From Eledone cirrhosa (Eukaryota), in assembly GCA_964016885.1 (NCBI GenBank), contig OZ024740.1, positions 77,066,001 to 77,130,000 of the forward strand: a stretch of DNA of 64,000 bases, written 5' to 3'. The position numbers and the translations under genes are program-made. Positions 39,801-51,600 of the stretch are shown here, in pieces. The notes below the pieces were generated by a model. It worked only from the letters and a program-made list of their open reading frames with translations, ran no database searches and had not been told where the DNA came from. The first letter of the stretch is position 1; every line of letters starts with the position of its first letter.

Positions 39801-42800
39801 TGGTATTGGTGTTGGCTTTGGTGTTGGTGGTGGGGCTGGAGTGCTGTTGATGTTGATATTGGTGTTGTTAGCGATGGTATTGGAGTTGGTGTTGGTGGAG
39901 GGCTGGAGTGCAGTTGCTGTTGTTGTTGGTGTTGTTAGCGATGGTATTGGAGTTGGTGTTGATGTTGGTGGTGGGGCTGGAGTGCTGTTGATGTTGATAT
40001 TGGTGTTGTTAGCGATGGTATTGGAGTTGGTGTTGGTGTTGGTGGTGGGGCTGGAGTGCTGTTGATGTTGATGTTGGTGTTGTTAGCGATGGTATTGGAG
40101 TTGGTGTTGGAGTTGGTGGTGGGGCTGGAGTGCTGTTGATGTTGATGTTGGTGTTGTTAGCGATGGTATTGGAGTTGGCTTTGGTGTTGGTGGTGGGGCT
40201 TGAGTGCTGATGATGTTGATGTTGGTGTTGTTAGCGATGGTATTGGAGTTGGTGTTGGTGGTGGTGGTGGGGCTGGAGTGCTGTTGATGTTGATGTTGGT
40301 GTTGTTAGCGATGGTGTTGGTGTTGGTGTTGGGGCTGTAGTGCTGTTGATGTTGATGTTGGTGTTGTTAGCGATGGTATTGGAGTTGGCGTTGCTGTTGG
40401 TGTTGGTGGTGGGGTTGGAGTGCTGTTGATGTTGATGTTGGTGTTGTTAGCGATGGTATTGGAGTTGGCGTTGGTGTTGGTTGTGGGGCTGGAGTGCTGA
40501 TGATGTTGATGTTGGTGTTGTTAGCGATGGTATTGGAGTTGGCGTTGGTGTTGGTGTTGGTGGTGGGGTTCGAGTGCTGTTGATGTTGATGTTGGTTTTG
40601 TTAGCGATGGTATTGGAGTTGGTGTTGGTGCTGGTGTTGGTGTTGGTTGTGGGGCTGGAGTGCTGATGATGTTGATGTTGGTGTTGTTAGCGATGGTATT
40701 GGAGTTGGCGTTGGTGTTGGTGTTGGTGGTGGGGCTGGAGTGCTGTTGATGTTGATGTTGGTGTTGTTAGCGATGGTATTGGAGTTGGTGTTGGAGTTGT
40801 GGGTGGGGCTGGAGTGCTGTTGAAGTTGATATTGGTGTTGTTAGCGATGGTATTGGAGTTGGTGTTGGTGTTGGTGGTGGGGCTGGAGTGCTGTTGATGT
40901 TGATGTTGGTGTTGTTAGCGATGCCATTGGAGTTGGCGTTGGTGTTGGTGTTGGGGCTGGAGTGCTGTTGATGTTGATGTTGGTGTTGTTAGCGATGGTA
41001 TGGGAGTTGGTGTTGGTTTTGGTGTTGGGGCTGGAGTGCTGTTGATGTTGATGTTGGTGTTGTTAGCGATGGTATTGGAGTTGGCGTTGGTGTTGGTGTT
41101 GGTGGTGGGGTTGGAGTGCTGTTGATGTTAATGCTGGTGTTGTTAGCGATGGTATTGGAGTTGGTGTTGGAGTTGTGGGTGGGGCTGGAGGGCTGTTGAT
41201 GTTGATATTGGTGTTGTTAGCGATGGTATTGGAGTTGGCGTTGGTGTTGGTGTTGGGGCTGGAGTGCTGTTGATGTTGATGTTGGTGTTGGTAGTGATGT
41301 TATTGGAGTTGGCGTTGGTGTTGGTGTTGGGGCTGGAGTGCTGTTGATGTTGATGTTGGTGTTGTTAGCGATGGTATGGGAGTTGGTGTTGGTGTGGGTG
41401 GTGGGGCTGGAGTGCTGTTGATGTTGATGTTGGTGTTGTTAGTGATGTTATTGGAGTTGGCGTTGGTGTTGGTGGTGGGCTGGAGTGCTGTTGATGTTGA
41501 TGTTTGTGTTGTTAGCGATGGTATTGGAGTTGGGGTTGGTGTTGGTGGTGGGGCTGGAGTGCTGTTGATGTTGATGTTGGTGTTGTTAGCGATGTTATTG
41601 GAGTTGGCGTTGGTGTTGGTGTTGGGGCTGGAGTGCTGTTGATGTTGATGTTGGTGTTGTTAGCGATGGTATGGGAGTTGGTGTTGGTTTTGGTGTTGGG
41701 GCTGGAGTGCTGTTGATGTTGATGTTGGTGTTGTTAGCGATGGTATTGGAATTGCGGTTGGTGTTGGTGGTGGGGCTGGAGTGCTGTTGATGTTGATGTT
41801 GGTGTTGTTAGCGATGGTATTGGAGTTGGTGTTGGTGATGGTGGTGGGGCTGGAGTACTGTTGATGTTGATGTTGGTGTTGTTAGCGATGGTATTGGAGT
41901 TGGTGTTGGTGTTGGTGGTGGGGCTGGAGTGCTGTTGATGTTGATGTTGGTGTTGTTAGCGATGGTATTGGAGTTGCGGTTGGTGTTGGTTGTGGGGCTG
42001 GCGTGCTGTTGATGATGATGTTGGTGTTGTTAGCGATTGTATTGGAGTTGGTGTTGGTGTTGGTGGTGGGGCTGGAGTGCTGTTGATGTTGGTGTTGTTA
42101 GCGATGTTATTGGAGTTGGCGTTGGTGTTGGTGGTGGGGCTGGAGTGCTGTTGATGTTGATGTTGGTGTTGTTAGCGATGGCATTGGAGTTGGTGTTGGT
42201 GTTGGTGGTGGGGCTGGAGTACTGTTGATGTTGATGTTAGTGTTGTTAGCGATGGTTTTGGTGTTGGCGTTGGTGTCGGTGGTGGGGCTGGAGTGCTGTT
42301 GATGTTGATGTTGGTGTTGTTAGCGATGGTATGGGAGTTGGTGTTGGTGTTGGTGTCGGTGGTGGGGCTGGAGTGCTGTTGATGTTGATGTTGGTGTTGT
42401 TAGCGATGGTATGGGAGTTGGTGTTGGTGTTGGTGTTGGTGGTGGGGCTGGAGTGCTGTTGATGTTGATGTTGGTGTTGTTAGCGATGGTATTGGAGTTG
42501 GTGTTGGTGTTCGTGTTGGTGGTGGGGCTAGAGTGCAGTTGCTGTTGATGTTGGTGTTGTTAGCGATGGTTTTGGTGTTGGCGTTGGTGTTGGTGGTGGG
42601 GCTGGAATGCTGTTTATGTTGATGCTAGTGTTGTTAGCGATGGTATTGGAGTTGGCGATGGTGTTGGTGTTGGTGGTGGGGCTGGAGTGCTGTTAATGTT
42701 GATGTTGGTGTTGTTAGCGATGGTATTGCAGTTGGCATTGGTGTTGGTGGTGGTGGTGGGGCTGGAGTGCTGTTGATGTTGATGTTGGTGTTGTTAGCGA

Positions 42801-44930
42801 TGGTATTGGAGTTGGCACTGGTGTTGGTGGTGGTGGTGGGGCTGGAGTGCTGTTGATGTTGAGGTTGGTGTTGTTAGCGATGGTATTGGAGTTGGCATTG
42901 GTGTTGGTGGTGGTGGTGGGGCTGGAGTGCTGTTGATGTTGAGGTTGGTGTTGTTAGCGATGGTATTGGAGTTGGCATTGGTGTTGGTGGTGGTGGTGGG
43001 GCTGGAGTGCTGATGATGTTGATGTTGGTGTTGTTAGCGATGGTATTGGAGCTGGCGTTGGTTTTGGTGGTGGTGGTGGGGCTGGAGTGCTGTTGATGTT
43101 GATGTTGGTGTTGTTAGCGATGGTATTGGAGTTGGTGTTGGTTTTGGTGTTGGGGCTGGAGTGCTGTTGATGTTGATGTTGGTGTTGTTAGCGATGGTAT
43201 TGGAGTTGGCGATGGTGTTGGTGTTGGTGGTGGGGCTGGAGTGCTGTTGATGTTGATGTTGGTGTTGATAGCGATGGTATGGGAGTTGGTGTTGGTGTTG
43301 GTGGTGGGGCTGGAATGCTGTTTATGTTGATGTTGGTGTTGTTAGCGATGGTATTGGAGTTGGCGATGGTGTTGGTGGTGGGGCTGGAGTGCTGTTGATG
43401 TTGATGTTGGTGTTGTTAGCGATGGTATGGGAGTTGGTGTTGGTGGAGGGCTGGAGTGCAGTTGCTGTTGTTGTTGGTGTTGTTAGCGATGGTATTGGAG
43501 TTGGTGTTGATGTTGGTGGTGGGGCTGGAGTGCTGTTGATGTTGATATTGGTGTTGTTAGCGATGGTATTGGAGTTGGTGTTGGTGTTGGTGGTGGGGCT
43601 GGAGTGCTGTTGATGTTGATGTTGGTGTTGTTAGCGATGGTATTGGAGTTGGTGTTGGAGTTGGTGGTGGGGCTGGAGTGCTGTTGATGTTGATGTTGGT
43701 GTTGTTAGCGATGGTATTGGAGTTGGCGTTGGTGTTGGTGTTGGTGGTGGGGTTGGAGTGCTGTTGATGTTGATGTTGGTGTTGTTAGCGATGGTATTGG
43801 AGTTGGCGTTGGTGTTGGTGGTGCGGCTGGAGTGCTGTTGATGTTGATGTTGGTGTTGTTAGGGATGGTATTGGTGTTGGCTTTGGTGTTGGTGGTGGGG
43901 CTGGAGTGCTGTTGATGTTGATATTGGTGTTGTTAGCGATGGTATTGGAGTTGGTGTTGGTGGAGGGCTGGAGTGCAGTTGCTGTTGTTGTTGGTGTTGT
44001 TAGCGATGGTATTGGAGTTGGTGTTGATGTTGGTGGTGGGGCTGGAGTGCTGTTGATGTTGATATTGGTGTTGTTAGCGATGGTATTGGAGTTGGTGTTG
44101 GTGTTGGTGGTGGGGCTGGAGTGCTGTTGATGTTGATGTTGGTGTTGTTAGCGATGGTATTGGAGTTGGTGTTGGAGTTGGTGGTGGGGCTGGAGTGCTG
44201 TTGATGTTGATGTTGGTGTTGTTAGCGATGGTATTGGAGTTGGCTTTGGTGTTGGTGGTGGGGCTTGAGTGCTGATGATGTTGATGTTGGTGTTGTTAGC
44301 GATGGTATTGGAGTTGGTGTTGGTGGTGGTGGTGGGGCTGGAGTGCTGTTGATGTTGATGTTGGTGTTGTTAGCGATGGTGTTGGTGTTGGTGTTGGGGC
44401 TGTAGTGCTGTTGATGTTGATGTTGGTGTTGTTAGCGATGGTATTGGAGTTGGCGTTGCTGTTGGTGTTGGTGGTGGGGTTGGAGTGCTGTTGATGTTGA
44501 TGTTGGTGTTGTTAGCGATGGTATTGGAGTTGGCGTTGGTGTTGGTTGTGGGGCTGGAGTGCTGATGATGTTGATGTTGGTGTTGTTAGCGATGGTATTG
44601 GAGTTGGCGTTGGTGTTGGTGTTGGTGGTGGGGTTCGAGTGCTGTTGATGTTGATGTTGGTTTTGTTAGCGATGGTATTGGAGTTGGTGTTGGTGCTGGT
44701 GTTGGTGTTGGTTGTGGGGCTGGAGTGCTGATGATGTTGATGTTGGTGTTGTTAGCGATGGTATTGGAGTTGGCGTTGGTGTTGGTGTTGGTGGTGGGGC
44801 TGGAGTGCTGTTGATGTTGATGTTGGTGTTGTTAGCGATGGTATTGGAGTTGGTGTTGGAGTTGTGGGTGGGGCTGGAGTGCTGTTGAAGTTGATATTGG
44901 TGTTGTTAGCGATGGTATTGGAGTTGGTGT
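36800..44930 (+). repeat. Near-perfect tandem duplication, 4065 bp x 2
   Basis: Identical ORFs at 37311/41376, 39324/43389, 39841/43906 and 40481/44546. ATGCC at 36856/40921 and TGAAGTTGATATT at 40821/44886 also share offset 4065. Confidence 0.95.
39324..40170 (+). repeat. Nested duplication with 517-bp offset inside the 4065-bp unit (repeated at 43389-44235)
   Basis: The variant GGTGGAGGGCTGGAGTGCAGTTGCTGTTGTTG occurs in ORFs 39324 and 39841. Confidence 0.85.
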
Positions 44931-47900
44931 TGGTGTTGGTGGTGGGGCTGGAGTGCTGTTGATGTTGATGTTGGTGTTGTTAGCGATGGTATTGGAGTTG
45001 GGGTTGGCGTTGGTGGTGGGGCTGGAGTGCTGTTGATGTTGATGTTGGTGTTGTTAGCGATGGTATTGGAGTTGGGTTTGGCGTTGGTGGTGGGGCTGGA
45101 GTGCTGTTGATGTTGATGTTGGTGTTGTTAGCGATGGTATTGGAGTTGGTGTTGGTGTTGGTGGTGGGGCTGGAGTGCTGTTGATGTTGATGTTGGTGTT
45201 GTTAGCGATGGTATTGGAGTTGGCGTTGGTGTTGGTGGTGGGGCTGGAGTGCTGTTGATGTTGATGTTGGTGTTGTTAGCGATGGTATTGGAGTTGGTGT
45301 TGGAGTTGTGGGTGGGGCTGAAGTGCTGTTGATGTTGATGTTGGTGTTGTTAGCGATGATTTTGGTGTTGGCGTTGGTGTTGGTGGTGCGGCTGGAGTGC
45401 TGTTGATGTTGATGTTGGTGTTGTTAGCGATGGTATTGGAGTTGGCGTTGGTGTTGGTGTTGGTGGTGGGGCTGGAGTGCTGTTGATGTTGATGTTGGTG
45501 TTGTTAGCGATGGTATTGGAGCTGGTGTTGGTGTTGGTGTTGGTGGTGTGGCTGGAGTTCTGTTGATGTTGATGTTGGTGTTGTTAGAGATGGTATTGGA
45601 GTCGGCGATGGTGTTGGTGTTGGTGGTGGGGCTGGAGTGCTGTTGATGTTGATGTTGGTGTTGTTAGCGATGGTATTGGAGTTGGCGATGGTGTTGGTGT
45701 TGATGTGGGGGCTGGACTGCTGATGATGTTGATGTTGGTTTTGTTAGCGATGGTATTGGAGTTGTCGTTTGTGTTAGTGTTTACGGTGGGGCTGGAGTGC
45801 TGTTGATGTTGATGTTGGTGTTGTTAGCGATGGTATTGGAGTTGGTGTTGGTGTTGGTGGTGGGGCTGGAGTGCTGTTGATGTTGATGTTGGTGTTGTTA
45901 GCGATGGTATTGGAGTTGGGGTTGGTGTTGGTGGTAGGGCTGGAGTGCTGTTGATGTTGATGTTGGTGTTGTTAGCGATGGTATTGTAGTTTTCGTTGGT
46001 GTTGGTGTTGGGGCTGGAGTGCTGTTGATATTGATGTTGGTGTTGTTAGCGATGGTATTGGAGTTGGCGTAGGTGTTGGTGTTGGTGGTGGGGTTGGAGT
46101 GCTGTTGATGTTGATGTTGGTGTTGTTAGCGATGGTATGGGAGTTGGTGTTGGTTTTGGTGTTGGGGCTGGAGTGTTGTTGATGTTGATGTTGTTGTTGT
46201 TAGCGATGGTATTGGAGTTTTCGTTGGTGTTGGTATGGGGGCTGGAGTGCTGTTGATGTTGATGTTGGTGTTGTTAGCGATGGTATTGGAGATGGCGTTG
46301 GTGTTGGTGTTGGTGGTGGGGTTGGAGTGCTGTTCATGTTAATGTTGGTGTTGTTAGCGATGGTATGGGAGTTGGTGTTGGTGTTTGTGTTAGTGGTGGG
46401 GTTGGAGTGCTGTTGATGTTGATGTTGGTGTTGTTAGCGATGGTATGGGAGTTGGTGTTGGTGTTGGTGGTGGGGCTGGAGTGCTGTTGATGTTGATGTT
46501 GGTGTTGTTAGCGATGGTATTGGAGTTGGTGTTGGTGGTGGGGCTGGAGTGCAGTTGCTGTTGATGTTGGTGTTGTTAGCGATGGTTTGGGTGTTGGCGT
46601 TGGTGTTGGTGTTGGGGCTGGAATGCTGTTTATGTTGATGTTAGTGTTGTTAGCGATGGTATTGGAGTAGGCGATGGTGTTGGTGTTGGTGGTGGGGTTG
46701 GAGTGCTGTTGATGTTGATGTTGGTGTTGTTAGCGATGGTATTGGAGTTGGCTTTGGTGTTGGTGGTGGGGCTGGAGTGCTGTTGATGTTGATGTTGGTG
46801 TTGTTAGCCATGGTATTGGAGTTGGCTTTGGTGTTGGTGGTGGGGCTGGAGTGCTGATGATGTTGATGTTGGTGTTGTTAGCGATGGTATTGGAGTTGGT
46901 GTTGGTGGTGGTGGTGGGGCTGGAGTGCTGTTGATGTTGATGTTGGTGTTGTTGTCGATGGTATTGGAGTTGGCGTTGGTGTTGGTGGTGGGGCTGGAGT
47001 GCTTTTGATATTCATGTTGGTGTTGTTAGTGATGGTATTGGAGTTGGTGTCGTATTGGTGGTGGTCGCGGTGCTGGAGCGCTGTTGATGTTGATGTTGGT
47101 GTTGCTAGCCATGGTATTGGAGTTGGTGTGGTGTTGGTGGTGGGGCTGGAGTGCTGTTGATGTTGATGCTGGTGTCGTTAGCGATGGTGTTGGAGTTGGC
47201 GTTGGTGTTGGTGGTGGGGCTGGAGTGCTGTTGATGTTGATGTTGGTGTTGTTAGCGATGGTATTGGAGATGGTGTTGGTGGTGGTGTTGGTGGTGGGGC
47301 TGGAGTGCTGTTGATGTTGATGTTGGTGTTGTTAGCGATGGTATTGGAGTTGGTGTTGGTGTTGGTGGTGGGGCTGGAGTGCTGTTGATGTTGATGTTGG
47401 TGTTGTTAGCGATGGTATTGGAGTTGGGGTTGGTGTTGGTGGTAGGGCTGGAGTGCTGTTGATGTTGATGTTGGTGTTGTTAGCGATGGTATTGGAGTTT
47501 TCGTTGGTGTTGGTGTTGGTGGTGGGGCTGGAGTGTTGTTGATGTTGATGTTGGTGTTGTTAGCGATGGTATTGGAGTTGGCGTTGGTGTTGGTGTTGGT
47601 GGTGGGGCTGGAGTGCTGTTGATGTTGATGTTGGTGTTGTTAGCGATGGTATTGGAGTTGGGGTTGGTGTTGGTGGTAGGGCTGGAGTGCTGTTGATGTT
47701 GATGTTGGTGTTGTTAGCGATGGTATTGGAGTTTTCGTTGGTGTTGGTGGTGGGGCTGGAGTGATGTTTATGTTGATGTTGGTGTTGTTAGCGATGGTAT
47801 TGGAGTTGGCGTTGGTTTTGGTGTTGGTGGTGGGGTTGGAGTGCTGTTGATGTTGATGTTGGTGTTGTTAGCGATGGTATGGGAGTTGGTGTTGGTTTTG

Positions 47901-48639
47901 GTGTTGGGGCTGGAGTGTTGTTGATGTTGATGTTGGTGTTGTTAGCGATGGTATTGGAGTTTTCGTTGGTGTTGGTGTGGGGGCTGGAGTGCTGTTGATG
48001 TTGATGTTGGTGTTGTTAGCGTGGTACTGGAGTTGGCGTTGGTGTTGGTGTTGGTGGTGGGGTTCGAGTGCTGTTGATGTTAATGTTGGTGTTGTTAGCG
48101 ATGGTATGGGAGTTGGTGTTGGTGTTGGTGTTGGTGGTGGGGTTGGAGTACTGTTGATGTTGATGTTGATGTTGTTAGCGATGCTATTGGAGTAGGCGAT
48201 GGTGTTGGTGTTGGTGGTGGGGCTGGAGTGCAGTTCCTGTTGATGTTGGTGTTGTTAGCGATGGTATTGGAGTTGGTGTTGGTGTTGGTGGTGGGGCTGG
48301 AGTGTTGCTGATGTTGATGTTGGTGTTGTTAGCGATGGTATTGGAGTTGGCGTTGGTGTTGGTGTTGGTGGTGGGGTTGGAGTGCTGTTGATGTTAATGT
48401 TGGTGTTGTTAGCGATGGTATGGGAGTTGGTGTTGGTATTGGTGTTGGTGGTGGGGTTGGAGTGCTGTTGATGTTGATGTTGGTGTTGTTAGCGATGGTA
48501 TGGGAGTTGGTGTTGGTGTTGGTGGTGGGGCTGGAGTGCTGTTGATGTTGATGTTGGTGTTGTTAGCGATGGTATTGGAGTTGGTGTTGGTGGTGGTGGT
48601 GGGGCTGGAGTGCTGTTGATGTTGATGTTGGTGTTGTTA

Positions 48640-51600
48640 GCGATGGTATTGGAGTTGGCGTTGGTGTTGGTGGTGGGGCTGGAGTGCTGTTGATGTTGAT
48701 GTTGGTGTTGTTAGCGATGGTGTTGGTGTTGGTGTTGGGGCTGTAGTGCTGTTGATGTTGATGTTAGTGTTGTTAGCGATGGTATTGGAGTAGGCGATGG
48801 TGTTGGTGGTGGGGTTGGAGTGCTGTTGATGTTGATGCTGGTGTCGTTAGCGATGGTGTTGGAGTTGGCGTTGGTGTTGGTGGTGGGGCTGGAGTGTTGC
48901 TGATGTTGATGTTGGTGTTGGTGTTGTTAGGGATGGTATTGGTGTTGGCTTTGGCGTTGGTGGTGGCTCTGGAGTGCTGTTGATGTTGATGTTGGTGTTG
49001 TTAGCGATGGTATTGGAGTTGGCGTTGGTGTTGGTGGTGGGGCTGGAGTGCTGTTGATGTTGATGTTGGTGTTGTTAGTGATGGTATTGGAGTGGGTGTC
49101 GTATTGGTGGTGGTCGCGGTGCTGGAGCGCTGTTGATGTTGATGTTGGTGTTGCTAGCCATGGTATTGGAGTTGGTGTGGTGTTGGTGGTGGGGCTGGAG
49201 TGCTGTTGATGTTGATGCTGGTGTCGTTAGCGATGGTGTTGGAGTTGGCGTTGGTGTTGGTGGTGGGGCTGGAGTGCTGTTGATGTTGATGTTGGTCTTG
49301 TTAGCGATGGTATTGGAGTTGGTGTTGGTGTTGGTGGTGGGGCTGGAGTGCTGTTGATGTTGATGTTGGTGTTGTTAGCGATGGTATTGGAGTTGGGGTT
49401 GGTGTTGGTGGTGGGGCTGGAGTGCTGTTGATGTTGATGTTGGTGTTGTTAGCGATGGTATTGGAGTTTTCGTTGGTGTTGGTGTTGGTGGTGGGGCTGG
49501 AGTGCTGTTGATGTTGATGTTGGTGTTGTTAGCGATGGTATTGGAGTTGGTGTTGGTGTTGGGGCTGGAGTGCTGTTGATGTTGATGTTGGTGTTGTTAG
49601 CGATGGTATGGGAGTTGGTGTTGGTTTTGGTGTTGGTGGTGGGGTTCGAGTGCTGTTGATGTTAATGTTGGTGTTGTTAGCGATGGTATGGGAGTTGGTG
49701 TTGGTGTTGGTGTTGGTGGTGGGTTTGGAGAGCTGTTGATGTTGATGTTGGTGTTGTTAGCGATGGTATTGGAGTTGGCGATGGTGTTGGTGTTGGTGGT
49801 GGGGTTGGAGTGCTGTTGATGTTGAGGTTGATGTTGTTAGCGATGCTATTGGAGTAGGCGATGGTGTTGGTGTTTGTGGTGGGGCTGGAGTGCTTTTGAT
49901 GTTGATGTTGGTGTTGTTAGCGATGGTATTGGAGTTGGTGTTGGTGTTGGTGGTGGGGCTGGAGTGTTGCTGATGTTGATGTTGGTGTTGTTAGCGATGG
50001 TATTGGAGTTGGCGTTGGTGTTGGTGTTGGTGGTGGGGTTGGAGTGCTGTTGATGTTAATGTTGGTGTTGTTAGCGATGGTATTGGAGTTGGTGGTGGGG
50101 TTGGAGTTGGTGGTGGGGCTGGAGTGCTGTTGATGTTGATGTTGGTGTTGTTAGCGATGGTATGGGAGTTGGTGTTGGTGTTGGTGGTGGGGCTGGAGTG
50201 CTGTTGATGTTAATGTTGGTGTTGTTAGCGATGGTATTGGAGTTGGTGGTGGGGTTGGAGTTGGTGGTGGGGCTGGAGTGCTGTTGATGTTGATGTTGGT
50301 GTTGTTAGCGATGGTATTGGAGTTGGTGGTGGGGTTGGAGTTGGTGGTGGGGCTGGAGTGCTGTTGATGTTGATGTTGGTGTTGTTAGCGATGGTATGGG
50401 AGTTGGTGTTGGTGTTGGTGGTGGGGCTGGAGTGCAGTTGCTGTTGATGTTGGTGTTGTTAGCGATGGTTTGGGTGTTGGCGTTGGTGTTGGTGTTGGGG
50501 CTGGAATGCTGTTTATGTTGTTGTTAGTGTTGTTAGCGATGGTATTGGAGTTGGCTTTGGTGTTGGTGTTGGGGCTGGAGTGCTGTTGATGTTGATGTTG
50601 GTGTTGTTAGCGATGGTATTGGAGTTGGCTTTGGTGTTGGTGTTGGGGCTGGAGTGCTGTTGATGTTGATGTTGGTGTTGTTAGCGATGGTATTGGAGTT
50701 GGCTTTGGTGTTGGTGTTGGGGCTGGAATGCTGTTGATGTTGATGTTGGTGTTGTTAGCGATGGTATTGGAGTTGGCTTTGGTGTTGGTGTTGGGGCTGG
50801 AGTGCTGTTGATGTTGATGTTGGTGTTGTTAGCGATGGTGTTGGTGTTGGCGTTGGTGTTGGTGGTGGGGCTGGAGTGCTGTTGATGTTGATGTTGGTGT
50901 TGTTAGCGATGGTATTGGAGTTGGCGTTGGTGTTGGTGGTGGGGCTGGAGTGCTGTTTATGTTGATGTTGGTGTTGTTAGCGATGGTGTTTGTGTTGGTG
51001 TTGGGGCTGTAGTGCTGTTGATGTTGATGTTAGTGTTGTTAGCGATGGTATTGGAGTAGGCGATGGTGTTGGTGTTGGTGGTGGGGTTGGAGTGCTGTTG
51101 ATGTTGATGCTGGTGTCGTTAGCGATGGTATTGGAGTTGGCGTTGGTGTTGGTGGTGGGGCTGGAGTGCTGTTGATGTTGATGCTGGTGTTGTTAGTGAT
51201 GGTATTGGAGTTGGCGTTGGTGTTGGTGGTGGTGCTGGAGTGTTGCTGATGTTGATGTTGGTGTTGTTAGGGATGGTATTGGTGTTGGCTTTGGCGTTGG
51301 TGGTGGCTCTGGAGTGCTGTTGATGTTGATGTTGGTGTTGTTAGCGATGGTATTGGAGTTGGCGTTGGTGTTGGTGGTGGGGCTGGAGTGCTGTTGATGT
51401 TGATGTTGGTGTTATTAGTGATGGTATTGGAGTGGTTGTCGTATTGGTGGTGGTCGCGGTGCTGGAGCGCTGTTGATGTTGATGTTGGTGTTGCTAGCCA
51501 TGGTATTGGAGTTGGTGTGGTGTTGGTGGTGGGGCTGGAGTGCTGTTGATGTTGATGCTGGTGTCGTTAGCGATGGTATTGGAGTTGGCGTTGGTGTTGG

